Part shown: piece by piece, positions 49,367 to 58,275 of the stretch
How positions within the stretch are numbered: the first letter of the stretch is position 1
Layout of the letters: each line of letters opens with the position of its first letter
From: a virus
Taxonomy: Duplodnaviria; Caudoviricetes
IMG/VR virus record: IMGVR_UViG_3300042258_000341
Span: 132,979-196,978 of that record
Length of the DNA: 64,000 nt
Strand: one strand, 5' to 3'
Position numbers and translations under genes: made by a program
The notes under the pieces: generated by a model
Databases searched by the model: none
What the model was told of the DNA's origin: nothing
Seen by the model: only the letters and a program-made list of their open reading frames with translations

Positions 49367-50731
49367 TTAAACCCCCCAGTCATGTTCCAATAATTCCGGA
49401 AGAAACCCCTCTTTTTTTAAAAGTTTTCGAAATTCTTTAAAGGCTTTGGGGTCTTCTTTCAATAGTTGTAAGATTAAAGAAGAAGATTGTTGGAAGAAAT
49501 TGTAGAATTCAATAAGAAACGCCCTATTTGAAGGTATCTGGATCCGAGAATCTATTTTTCTTTTTGAAAAAATAGTGATAAATAGCTTCAACCAACCTTC
49601 TTTGGTATTAAATTCTTTTGAGTCTTCTTCATTTAATTCCGGAACAACTAACTGTTTAAAATATTCCCAAAGGTCTTCAACATTTAATTCTTGCCAATGC
49701 TTGTCTGTCCAAAGGTCTTCAAATAAAAACTCCTCTAACGATTCTATACGCATTTCCCCGACATTGACAGCATATTGTAAAACAGTGGAAACACTCTCAC
49801 AAGAATAAGGAGAATAATACTCAAAAGCATGATGTTTTACGCCATATTCCACAGCAAAACCCCAGTCAGAGTCTGAAGGTTCTCTACCAGAATACCCCCC
49901 AAATTCGTAGTCAAAGTATTTTTCCACCAATTCTTTACTAGCATTACCATCGTTTAAAAGATACCATATCTCGTCCGTGTCTCCAGTTTTTACAGCTAAA
50001 TTAAATAAAGCAACGTCTGCATGAGGAATATTTCCTGACATAAACATTTTTTGTATATCTTCAACCAAATACCTATCTACTGTGACAGGATAATCATCAA
50101 CATCCATAACCTGATCAAAAGTGTCCTCGAATTGAATTTCTTTTTCAAGACTATTGCCTATATCATCATATACAATATAGACTCGCCCAGTTATTGCTTG
50201 AGAAAGATAATGTTGTGCGTAAGTTTCCCCCCCGTTGTAATCTTTACGAGTACACCATTTCGTCCCCATGCCTAAAGTTTCGAGAGAATCTTTATCTGAA
50301 ATAGCAGCTATGACATAAGAACTTCCTTCGAAGACCTGAACTCCGGGGAATTTCCGTAATCTTTCGATAGTTAAAATTTCTTTTTCATTAAACTCAACCT
50401 TGCTCTTTTCTTCAAGTTCTTTTTCGAGATCATGAATTTTAGGATATTGATTTATATCCCGGAACTTAAGTTGTCTTTTGTTGCTGTAAACGATAAAATT
50501 ATTGAGAACTTGTTGAACCCGGGCATTGTCTTCTGGCAATCGTATGTTTTTATTACTTAACTGTCGAATCAGCCAAGATTCAAATTTCTTCTCTGGGGTA
50601 GGATCTGCGGCATTTACTAAGTTTAATAATTCTTCCGGAGAAGACAACTTTAATTTTTTTACCGCTGAATCTATTTGTTGTTGAGTAGCCCCCGCAACTT
50701 TATTTAAATTCGAAAACTTAAGAATCGACAC
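49367..50731 (-). CDS. Tagged cargo: WCT-domain (PcfJ-like) paralog with acidic helical C-terminus
   Basis: GTG start, SILKFSNLNKVA tag; GATQQQIDS, ADPT, LPED, GTKWCT. Confidence 0.75.
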   Translation of the reverse strand: MSILKFSNLNKVAGATQQQIDSAVKKLKLSSPEELLNLVNAADPTPEKKFESWLIRQLSNKNIRLPEDNARVQQVLNNFIVYSNKRQLKFRDINQYPKIHDLEKELEEKSKVEFNEKEILTIERLRKFPGVQVFEGSSYVIAAISDKDSLETLGMGTKWCTRKDYNGGETYAQHYLSQAITGRVYIVYDDIGNSLEKEIQFEDTFDQVMDVDDYPVTVDRYLVEDIQKMFMSGNIPHADVALFNLAVKTGDTDEIWYLLNDGNASKELVEKYFDYEFGGYSGREPSDSDWGFAVEYGVKHHAFEYYSPYSCESVSTVLQYAVNVGEMRIESLEEFLFEDLWTDKHWQELNVEDLWEYFKQLVVPELNEEDSKEFNTKEGWLKLFITIFSKRKIDSRIQIPSNRAFLIEFYNFFQQSSSLILQLLKEDPKAFKEFRKLLKKEGFLPELLEHDWGV

Positions 50732-50733
50732 TT

Positions 50734-51846
50734 TTAACCCCTTTTTCGTAAGGAAGAATATTTTACAATTCTTTGTGAAGCATTATGTTTATAATAGATA
50801 GGCAAGCCTTTTGTATCGAAAGGGGCTTGAGTTACTTTCTCAAATCTAAATTTCTCCGGTATCTTTTTATATAAATGCGTAGGGGGTTCATCTGGCACGG
50901 TTTCTGAAATTATTTCAGGAGAAGAAATATAAATCTCCATTCCTCTATTTTCTTCAAGAAACGCGGAAAGTAAAACTTCGAAATAATTATCCACATATTT
51001 AGAAAGAGTGTTTTCGATTTCCTGTACTTTTTCTTCTCCCCCGAGTTGTCGCACTATTTGCATATACATTTGTTCCGACATCCCGAAATGTTCCAAACCT
51101 TTTTTTATTCTGTGAAATATTCGATATAAATCTGTTTGGACTTGTTCAATAAACAAAGTGTTTTCATCTATTTCACGATAAAGAACCCATCCGAATGTTT
51201 TTCCGGGGATACCTACAGACTCTTCATGCACACCGTTTGCCAACATTTCATTTACAAAAATATCGAAACTTCGATCTCTTTCTTTACCTATCTCTTTCAG
51301 TAAATCCTTAATAGTAAGAATAAATGTTTTTCGGGGGAATTTTTTAACTGTAGGTAAGGTTTGGATAGATTCCCCGTAAGTCCCTTGCATAACCGTAAAA
51401 TTCTTTCTTTCTGTATAGAAATCCATAAATTGTGAAGCGTCTTGGAAAGAAAGCCCTTTTGGGAATTTCTGCAAGATAAAAGCCTTTACCTCTGGGTTTT
51501 GGAAAAAAGATTGTTTTCTTAATTCAACAGTAGGAACATTTCTGTTTTCTTTCTTAAGGAAAGAGCGTAATTCGGAATATGCTTTTTGCACAGAGAAAGG
51601 TAAAAAGGATTTTTCCGAAACATTCTGACTGGAACGATCAATCCCTATTTGTTTATGTAAACTCATTAATTCTTGAGCCGCATAAGGGGGAATACGATTA
51701 GATTCCCGTTTCATTACTTCGGTAACGGTTTGTATTATCGCTTTAGAAATTGTTTCCGCTAATTCAGGAAAGTCTCTGTAAGCTTTTTTAAAATCAGAAG
51801 TGTTATGTGTTGTCAGAAGTTTTTGTAATAGTTGCTCAGGATTCAT
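50734..51846 (-). CDS. Cargo with C-terminal tag; polyvalent-protein-type domain
   Basis: H....GW...LFIEQVQTD motif; ends HNASQRIVKYSSLRKRG. Confidence 0.65.
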   Translation of the reverse strand: MNPEQLLQKLLTTHNTSDFKKAYRDFPELAETISKAIIQTVTEVMKRESNRIPPYAAQELMSLHKQIGIDRSSQNVSEKSFLPFSVQKAYSELRSFLKKENRNVPTVELRKQSFFQNPEVKAFILQKFPKGLSFQDASQFMDFYTERKNFTVMQGTYGESIQTLPTVKKFPRKTFILTIKDLLKEIGKERDRSFDIFVNEMLANGVHEESVGIPGKTFGWVLYREIDENTLFIEQVQTDLYRIFHRIKKGLEHFGMSEQMYMQIVRQLGGEEKVQEIENTLSKYVDNYFEVLLSAFLEENRGMEIYISSPEIISETVPDEPPTHLYKKIPEKFRFEKVTQAPFDTKGLPIYYKHNASQRIVKYSSLRKRG

Positions 51847-53453
51847 TTATTCACATCCAACTTTCTCAAGAAACTCGAAGTTTTTCTCTTCTTCATTTCA
51901 TTGTATTCTTCTTGATATTTTTTCCCCGTTGCCGGGTTGGTTCCGTATATACCCCATTCAACAGTTAATCCCTCTGGAAGTTTTGTTATTGCTGTTCCTT
52001 CAAGGTCTAAATTACCGCCAACAGTTGTTAAGCTCTCTGGAAGTTTTGTTATTGCTGTTTCTTCAAGGTCTAAATCACCACCGACAGTTGTTAAGCTCTC
52101 TGGAAGTTTTGTTATTGCTGTTCCGTAAAGGTTTAAATTACCACCGACCGTTGTTAAGCCTTCAGGAAGTTTTGTTATTGCTGTCCCTCTAAGGTCTAAA
52201 TAACCACCGACAGTTGTTAAGCTCTCTGGAAGTTTGGTTATTGCTGTTCCTTCAAGGAATAAAGAACCACCGACAGTTGTTAATCCCTCTGGGAGTTTTG
52301 TTATTGAGGTTCCTGAAAGGTCTAAATAACCACCGATAGTTGTTAAGCCTTCAGGAAGCTTTGTTATTTTTGTTCCTCGAAGGTCTAAATAACCACCGAT
52401 AGTTGTTAAGCCTTCAGGAAGCTTTGTTATTGCTGTTCCTTCAAGGAATAAAGAACCACCGACAGTTGTTAAGCCTTCAGGAAGCTTTGTTATTTTTGTT
52501 CCTCGAAGGTTTAAATTACCGCCAACAGTTGTTAATCCCTCTGGAAGCTTTGTTATTTTTGTTCCTCGAAGGTCTAAATAACCACCGATAGTTGTTAAGC
52601 CTTCAGGAAGCTTTGTTATTGCTGTTCCGTAAAGGTCTAAATCCCCACCGACAGTTGTTAAGCTCTCTGGAAGTTTTGTTATTGCTGTTCCTAAAAGGTT
52701 TAAATCTTCTTTAATTTCCGCTCCTTGTTTCTCAAGCCAAGGATAAATTGCATTAGGATTTCTTTTTATAAAACTAAGGGGAACTTCCACAAATTTACTT
52801 TCTATCAAAGAAAACAAACTGTCTGGGATTTCTTTTATTTCATGATCTTTTACGTTCTTAAATTGGCTGAAATCTTCCGCAAACTGTGCGTATTTAACAA
52901 GTTTTCCGTTCTGTTTCTTGAAAGCAACGTATTGTTTTGTATTATCTTCAACAATATACTTGTTAGCCCATTGTAAGTGTCTTGTACACCATTCTGTTGA
53001 ATCTCCTAAAACAGTAAGCGACTTAGGATCGCTTACTTCAAGAATAAACCATTTGTTGTTTTGTCCAAGTACAGAAACTCCCGGAAGCTTCAAGAATTCT
53101 TGAACATCGTAACTGTATGCATCTCCAAGCTCTTTCGGGAGAAGGGTTTCTATTTCATTCTCAAGGTCAACAATGTTTTTGTATTGATTTATGTTTTGGA
53201 ACTTAAGTTGATTCCTGTGATTTAATTGTTCGAACTGTTTAAGAGTTTTCTTAACCCTATCTGCATCTTCGGGAAGGATAATGTTTCTGAAACCCATTTG
53301 TTTAAGAAGCCAAACTTCGTATTTACTTGTTGGATCAACTTCATGGGCAAAAGAAACTACTTGTTCGGGAGTTAACCCTAGTTTCTTGGAAACAGAATTG
53401 ATCTGTTCTTTCGTTGCTTTTGCGATATGAAGTTGGGAATATTTCAGTATCAT
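51843..53453 (-). CDS. Tagged cargo: WCT-domain paralog with 12 leucine-rich repeats
   Basis: MILKYSQLHIA tag; STEWCT; (LTTVGGxLxLxGTxITKLPEG)n. Confidence 0.85.
   Translation of the reverse strand: MILKYSQLHIAKATKEQINSVSKKLGLTPEQVVSFAHEVDPTSKYEVWLLKQMGFRNIILPEDADRVKKTLKQFEQLNHRNQLKFQNINQYKNIVDLENEIETLLPKELGDAYSYDVQEFLKLPGVSVLGQNNKWFILEVSDPKSLTVLGDSTEWCTRHLQWANKYIVEDNTKQYVAFKKQNGKLVKYAQFAEDFSQFKNVKDHEIKEIPDSLFSLIESKFVEVPLSFIKRNPNAIYPWLEKQGAEIKEDLNLLGTAITKLPESLTTVGGDLDLYGTAITKLPEGLTTIGGYLDLRGTKITKLPEGLTTVGGNLNLRGTKITKLPEGLTTVGGSLFLEGTAITKLPEGLTTIGGYLDLRGTKITKLPEGLTTIGGYLDLSGTSITKLPEGLTTVGGSLFLEGTAITKLPESLTTVGGYLDLRGTAITKLPEGLTTVGGNLNLYGTAITKLPESLTTVGGDLDLEETAITKLPESLTTVGGNLDLEGTAITKLPEGLTVEWGIYGTNPATGKKYQEEYNEMKKRKTSSFLRKLDVNK
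51961..52705 (-). repeat. Twelve 63-bp tandem repeats encoding 21-aa LRRs
   Basis: ACAGTTGTTAAG recurs with a 63-bp period (e.g. 52021, 52084). Confidence 0.95.
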
Positions 53454-54037
53454 TTCTTTTCCACCGCTTTTTCGAGAATTCTTTCTATTACAGAAATCAA
53501 CATGTAAATCTTACGTGTTTGTGTTTTTGTAAAATTCCAACGAATTCCGATATTCTTTTTTGCCCAATCCCGGGGGGATTTTCGTTCTCTTTCCCACGCA
53601 ACAGCCGACCAATCACAAACCATTTCAACAAGAGATTTTGTAGGCATATTTGAAGCATCAATTAGTTTACCGGAACTTTTATCTCGATCTTCGGGATTTA
53701 TTTGTGCATTTTCTTTATCCCAAAATTCGGCATGATGTTCATTTTGAGTGATATGTGCGAGAGTTGCTAAATCACATTGTTTCTGCATTTCGTCCGAAAG
53801 AATGTAATCGGGATTTTTATACTTCCATGTAATTTCTACATAAGGTGTTTTTAAAGGTTCTTGCAATTTATCCGCATCGTGTTCGGAGAAATTCCAATCA
53901 TCAGGCAATGCCGGGATTTCTTCTTTCAGCAACTTGTAAAACATATTTACAAGTTCAATATGTTTTTTTGTTCTTTCTATAAAATGTGCTTCTTTTTCTC
54001 TCTCAAAAGACATAGCCCGATATCCTTTTATTCTCAA
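53450..54037 (-). CDS. HD-like (DUF5662-type) protein
   Basis: T.KH, HDADK, H...N.HHAE.W, EMVCDW.A. Start is either TTG 54037 or ATG 54013. Confidence 0.65.
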   Translation of the reverse strand: MRIKGYRAMSFEREKEAHFIERTKKHIELVNMFYKLLKEEIPALPDDWNFSEHDADKLQEPLKTPYVEITWKYKNPDYILSDEMQKQCDLATLAHITQNEHHAEFWDKENAQINPEDRDKSSGKLIDASNMPTKSLVEMVCDWSAVAWERERKSPRDWAKKNIGIRWNFTKTQTRKIYMLISVIERILEKAVEKK

Positions 54038-54039
54038 AA

Positions 54040-56238
54040 TTATTGCCCCGCCGGAACAGGAATATCTATTTTCGGAGTTTCGGTTGGAGCTTCAGTTCCG
54101 CCTTCACCCCCTGCGGGTTCAGGAGCACCCCCGCCCAAGTCCTCGCCCAAGTCCCCGCCTAAATCTTCCATTCCACCACCCATAGGGGGCATACTACCGC
54201 CACCTAAGCCCCCGCCCATATCTCCACCTTCTTCCCCGCCCATTTGTTGAGCAAGTTCTTGTTCGGCTTTCTGGACAGTGGAAAGTTTATTCAATCCTAA
54301 ACCTTCCATGATTTTAAGAGCAAAGTCGGTTTCCTGAGCCATTTTTTCTGCTGCAGCATGAAGCAGGTCTTCAACGATAACATTGAATTTATCATTTTTC
54401 AGTGTCCACAAATCTTGTTTGAGAGCATGGGTAATACCATCTCCGTCAAGATTCAACAGATCATAAATAATATCAATATTCAGAGAGCCTTTCTGATAAA
54501 GGTTCATGAGCATTTCGAAGTATTCCGCACTTCTCAGATTCAATAGACTGAATGTGAGTTTTGGATGATAAAGTCTTAAATTACCCCACTCATCTAAACC
54601 TATAAAACCTTTTCGTAACGCAATGGGCTTCATGAACTTATCTTCGAGAAGATTCTGAAATTTAACTTTAAATGCAAAATACTGGGTGTTAAGGATTTCA
54701 ACTTTGATGTTATCTCCGGTATATTGCGATTCCCCGGATAATAAACTTTCAGGAATTCCCATACCAGTAGCAATAATTTGTTTCAAAGAGTCATTGGCTG
54801 TAATCAGATTGTTCAATTCTTCTTTCAAGAAAGAATTAACTTCCTGCCAATTTATATCGTAATTTGCAACAACGGCATAATTAGGATCTTCAATCATTTT
54901 TGTAACTTCAGCAATTAATGCGTTAAGTTGATCAAGACCTAATTCAGGGGCAGTAACAACCCTTCCTATTCTCCCTATTGTTTTCACTCTCGCTTTTAAT
55001 GCCCTATTCGCAGCATCCCACGCAAGACAGGCATCTAAAACACGATATGCCAAAGAAGTACTTTCATATCTTTTGAAAACTAAAAGAAACGGAAAACCCG
55101 AATAAATATCATTATCGATAATAATATCCCGGCTTTCTCTATTTTGTTTCAATAATTCAACAAAACCTTCCGTGTAACCCAATTCCAATAAACAATCGTA
55201 ATCCTCAACATTTTCATTTGTTCGAGAAAGAGGGACGCTGTGATCTTGTAAAATAGTTTGAACTCCGTCCGAAATACGATGTCGAATAGCTTCAAATCCA
55301 ATCTCATCGTTCGAGAAATATTCCGTAATATCGTAAAACTTCAATACTCGGAACCTTTCAGGGCCTATGTAACCTTGGTTAAAGAAACCTAAGAATTTCT
55401 TTTCAAAGTATTTTTTACGATCTGATAACTCCACTTTATCCGGGTCAGCTTCATATTCTTTTTCAATTCTTTCGATAAATCTTAAATCGTCGTCTTTATA
55501 ATCGAAGGCTTTTGTAGACATGTCATCAATGTCTTGTAATTTCGAAGCATATTTATCGAAATAATCTTCAACAAGCCCATAACCTTCCCCAAGAAGGTGA
55601 TAATGTAAAACAAGGTCTTTAAGATTTTCAGCAAAAGAAAGACGATTAAAAATCTTTTCATAATATTGCATCATGAAATCTCTTACAATTTTCGGACAAT
55701 CTTGCGGAGGTTGTAATCTTAATTTAGAAAGAGGAATTTCTGTATGTAAATCGATAACCCGACCTAAAATGGGATTTGTCCTGTAAAAATAGCGTAAAAG
55801 AATAAATCTCTCGTGCTTGGTTAAATTTGCCAGCTCATAAACTTGCGTGTTAAGTAAAGAAATTATATGTTGGGCGAAAAGATCAAGGGTATCAAAATCA
55901 TCTCTGTGAATGTTAATCCCTTTTCCCGCCATGAAAGTAGATAAATCTTCCATGCTTGCGGAATAAGAAGCAGAGCCTAAATGTTCTTTTCCCGTAAGAG
56001 ACGCAATAGCTGCTCCTTTTTTACCATCTTTCGAAACGATATGTGTTGGGAATATTTCGTCAGCAATTATCCCTTCTGGGGTGAGTTTATTTGCAGCGGT
56101 TTTACTTTGAATCCGTCTGTTTTTTAAATCCGCTTTCATATCGCCCAATTTATTTCGAGTAATAGACTGGTCAGCTATTTTTTTTACACGATTCGGGATG
56201 TTTACAGAAACGTGTTTGATTTTCTTTTTTTTCGCCAC
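54040..56238 (-). CDS. Portal protein
   Basis: RYFYRTNPILGRVIDLHTEIPLSK, Y.L.GE, GMGIPESLLSGE, Gly/acidic C-terminal tail; GTG start after AGGAG. Confidence 0.75.
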   Translation of the reverse strand: MAKKKKIKHVSVNIPNRVKKIADQSITRNKLGDMKADLKNRRIQSKTAANKLTPEGIIADEIFPTHIVSKDGKKGAAIASLTGKEHLGSASYSASMEDLSTFMAGKGINIHRDDFDTLDLFAQHIISLLNTQVYELANLTKHERFILLRYFYRTNPILGRVIDLHTEIPLSKLRLQPPQDCPKIVRDFMMQYYEKIFNRLSFAENLKDLVLHYHLLGEGYGLVEDYFDKYASKLQDIDDMSTKAFDYKDDDLRFIERIEKEYEADPDKVELSDRKKYFEKKFLGFFNQGYIGPERFRVLKFYDITEYFSNDEIGFEAIRHRISDGVQTILQDHSVPLSRTNENVEDYDCLLELGYTEGFVELLKQNRESRDIIIDNDIYSGFPFLLVFKRYESTSLAYRVLDACLAWDAANRALKARVKTIGRIGRVVTAPELGLDQLNALIAEVTKMIEDPNYAVVANYDINWQEVNSFLKEELNNLITANDSLKQIIATGMGIPESLLSGESQYTGDNIKVEILNTQYFAFKVKFQNLLEDKFMKPIALRKGFIGLDEWGNLRLYHPKLTFSLLNLRSAEYFEMLMNLYQKGSLNIDIIYDLLNLDGDGITHALKQDLWTLKNDKFNVIVEDLLHAAAEKMAQETDFALKIMEGLGLNKLSTVQKAEQELAQQMGGEEGGDMGGGLGGGSMPPMGGGMEDLGGDLGEDLGGGAPEPAGGEGGTEAPTETPKIDIPVPAGQ

Positions 56239-56239
56239 A

Positions 56240-56770
56240 AAAACTCTCCTACAAAGATATCAAGAATATATACTCAATTTCGTGTCTTATTACAGAGTAT
56301 TTTACCACGAAATTCACACCAAAAAAAATCACAAAAAACACCGGGGAAAATAAATTTTTATTTATTTTCGAAAATTTTTCTTGACACGCCATTTTTTAGG
56401 TGGTAATAGTAATTAGCCAGTTAATTACTTTTAATAGCTATTAAATAAGTCAATAAACGGCCCTTTTAAAGTCAATTAACTTATTAATAAGCTATTAAAT
56501 GGCCCTTAAAAGTACTTTATAATGACTTTTAAAAGAATTAAAGGCCAATTAATATATATATAAATTAACTAGTTAATTGACAGTACATTAAAAGCTATTA
56601 AATTAATTGACTATTAATTAGCTATAAATTTACTGGTACAGAAACCTGAAAAAACTTTCAATACAGAAATAACTTTTAAAAAACCTTTAAGAAACTTTTT
56701 AATTGGCTCCATATATATAAATAGCTATTAAAAAATTCAAATACAGAAATCCGAAGAAATTACTGAATTT
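56240..56770. other. AT-rich divergent intergenic region with clustered palindromes (origin or divergent control region candidate)
   Basis: Strand switch point; 16-bp palindromes at 56430-56445 and 56563-56578; repeated AGCTATTAA. Confidence 0.5.
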
Positions 56771-56845
56771 TTTTTGAAAAAAAAACCGAAATTTTTCCGA
56801 AAAAAAAGTATATTGGATGATAAGTCTTTTTTAGGAGAAAGAAAA

Positions 56846-57658
56846 ATGGCGGCGTTTCAAGACATGATTTTCGGGGGTCTTTTTTTTGTTGTTGTTGGTG
56901 CGATTATTTGGTTTCTTGTCCAAAAAAATAAAACCCCCCCGACCCCCCGGCAGGATGCGGTGGACACCAAAATCGAAAACACAAACAATCAAGTTGAAAA
57001 GGCTCCGGTTGAAAACGGGCAGGTTTCTGAAGTCGAAGGAAAAATAGATTCTTTGAAAGAAAAAGCGAAAGAGGTTGAAACCGGAATTTCTGAAAGGGAA
57101 AAAGAAATAGCAAAAAAAGAAAACGCCCCTGTAAATTCGGAAGAAATTACCGATCCTGAAAAAGCGGCTGAGTGGGTAAATAAAATTACAAATAAAACCG
57201 CAATTCTTTTATTTCTTGTTCTTTTCCCTTTTTCTGTGTTTGCTGCGGAGCCTGTATATAAAGGCAAACCTATAACCCCTAAATACAATGGGGTTATTTT
57301 ATCTCTTGAAGAAATAAACACAATGAAAATACAAATCGAAGAGGGTAATAAGGCTCAGGATTTAAACAAAGAATATGTCGCCTTACTTGAGGAATACCGT
57401 AAATTGAAAACTTTACAACAAAACCAAATCGAGCAAATGGCAACTTTGGATAAATTAAAACAAGAATCTATTGTTATTTACCGAGACTCTGTTGTTTCTT
57501 ACAAAAACATAATTGAAGAAATGCGTAAAAATAATATCGAAATAGAAAAGAAATTAGGACAACAGCGAAGAACTTCAAGATGGAAAAGAAATCTTAATTT
57601 CTTTTTGGGTTTTATAGCCCCTATTGCTGGAGCTAAAGCTATTCAGTCGATAAAATAA
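56846..57658 (+). CDS. Membrane coiled-coil protein (spanin-like, apparent two-part fusion)
   Basis: AGGAG then ATG at 56846; N-terminal TM, coiled coil, internal signal-like TAILLFLVLFPFSVFA, coiled coil, C-terminal hydrophobic segment. Confidence 0.55.
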   Translation: MAAFQDMIFGGLFFVVVGAIIWFLVQKNKTPPTPRQDAVDTKIENTNNQVEKAPVENGQVSEVEGKIDSLKEKAKEVETGISEREKEIAKKENAPVNSEEITDPEKAAEWVNKITNKTAILLFLVLFPFSVFAAEPVYKGKPITPKYNGVILSLEEINTMKIQIEEGNKAQDLNKEYVALLEEYRKLKTLQQNQIEQMATLDKLKQESIVIYRDSVVSYKNIIEEMRKNNIEIEKKLGQQRRTSRWKRNLNFFLGFIAPIAGAKAIQSIK

Positions 57659-57672
57659 AAGGATATATATAA

Positions 57673-58275
57673 ATGAAAGCAAAAGAAATAAAACAATTGT
57701 TTTTGGATTTGGACGATTTGTATCTTTGGATGGATTCTATTTACAGCGTTAAGTGTGTGAGTAAATGCAATAAATGTTGTGAGCAAGATATTATCTGGAT
57801 GTTGATGCCGGAACTTGTAAGAATAAATTCAATTACTAAGCCTAAAAAAGTTGAATTTGGGTGTCCTTACAGAACAAAGACAGGTTGTTCTATTTACGAG
57901 TATCGTCCTTTGGTTTGTCGATCTTACGGGGCATTACAATTGAAAGAAGTTAAAGAAATAAACATGTTAAGAGTTGTTTTGCCTGACCGAATACAGAGTT
58001 TGGCAGGCCCCGGCTACTGCGATGAAAAAATAAAAGAATCCACCTGTAACGTGGAAGAATTAAATAATATTTACGCATGTTACAACGCTTTAGCGCAAAC
58101 ATGGGGCTTAACTGCGATAGGTTCTTGTCGGGATTTGTCTTTACAAGCATCTCAAACACAAATAATGTCCGAAATGCAAAAAAACATTTCTTCTTACAAC
58201 GTGTATTCCGCAAACGGAGTCTTAAATATGCATACTCGTTTACAAGATATATTTACGCATGTGTTTGTGAAATGA
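57673..58275 (+). CDS. YkgJ-family Cys-cluster (Fe-S/Zn) protein
   Basis: C...CNKCC, CPY....CSIYEYRPLVCRSYG. Confidence 0.85.
   Translation: MKAKEIKQLFLDLDDLYLWMDSIYSVKCVSKCNKCCEQDIIWMLMPELVRINSITKPKKVEFGCPYRTKTGCSIYEYRPLVCRSYGALQLKEVKEINMLRVVLPDRIQSLAGPGYCDEKIKESTCNVEELNNIYACYNALAQTWGLTAIGSCRDLSLQASQTQIMSEMQKNISSYNVYSANGVLNMHTRLQDIFTHVFVK

Noticed and set aside
51961-52705. 63-bp repeats as a CRISPR array or a DGR variable region
   Set aside because: They are in-frame coding repeats with no unique spacers. Differences include synonymous C/T changes (GTT GGC versus GTC GGT) not tied to adenines, and no RT or template is seen.
38370-53453. Tag as a DNA recombination site (integron-like cassette) or a by-product of ATGA overlaps
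   Set aside because: Third codon positions vary freely and no flanking inverted repeats are visible. ATGA overlap fixes only the first base of codon 2, and the motif also occurs without overlap and at a C-terminus.
553-56406. Numerous short plus-strand ORFs in the ORF track
   Set aside because: They are antisense to well-supported minus-strand genes and lack recognisable motifs.
56381-56410. TTGACA as a firm sigma70 promoter
   Set aside because: The -35 is perfect, but the hexamer at 17-bp spacing (TAATAG) is a weak -10 and the next gene starts over 400 bp away.
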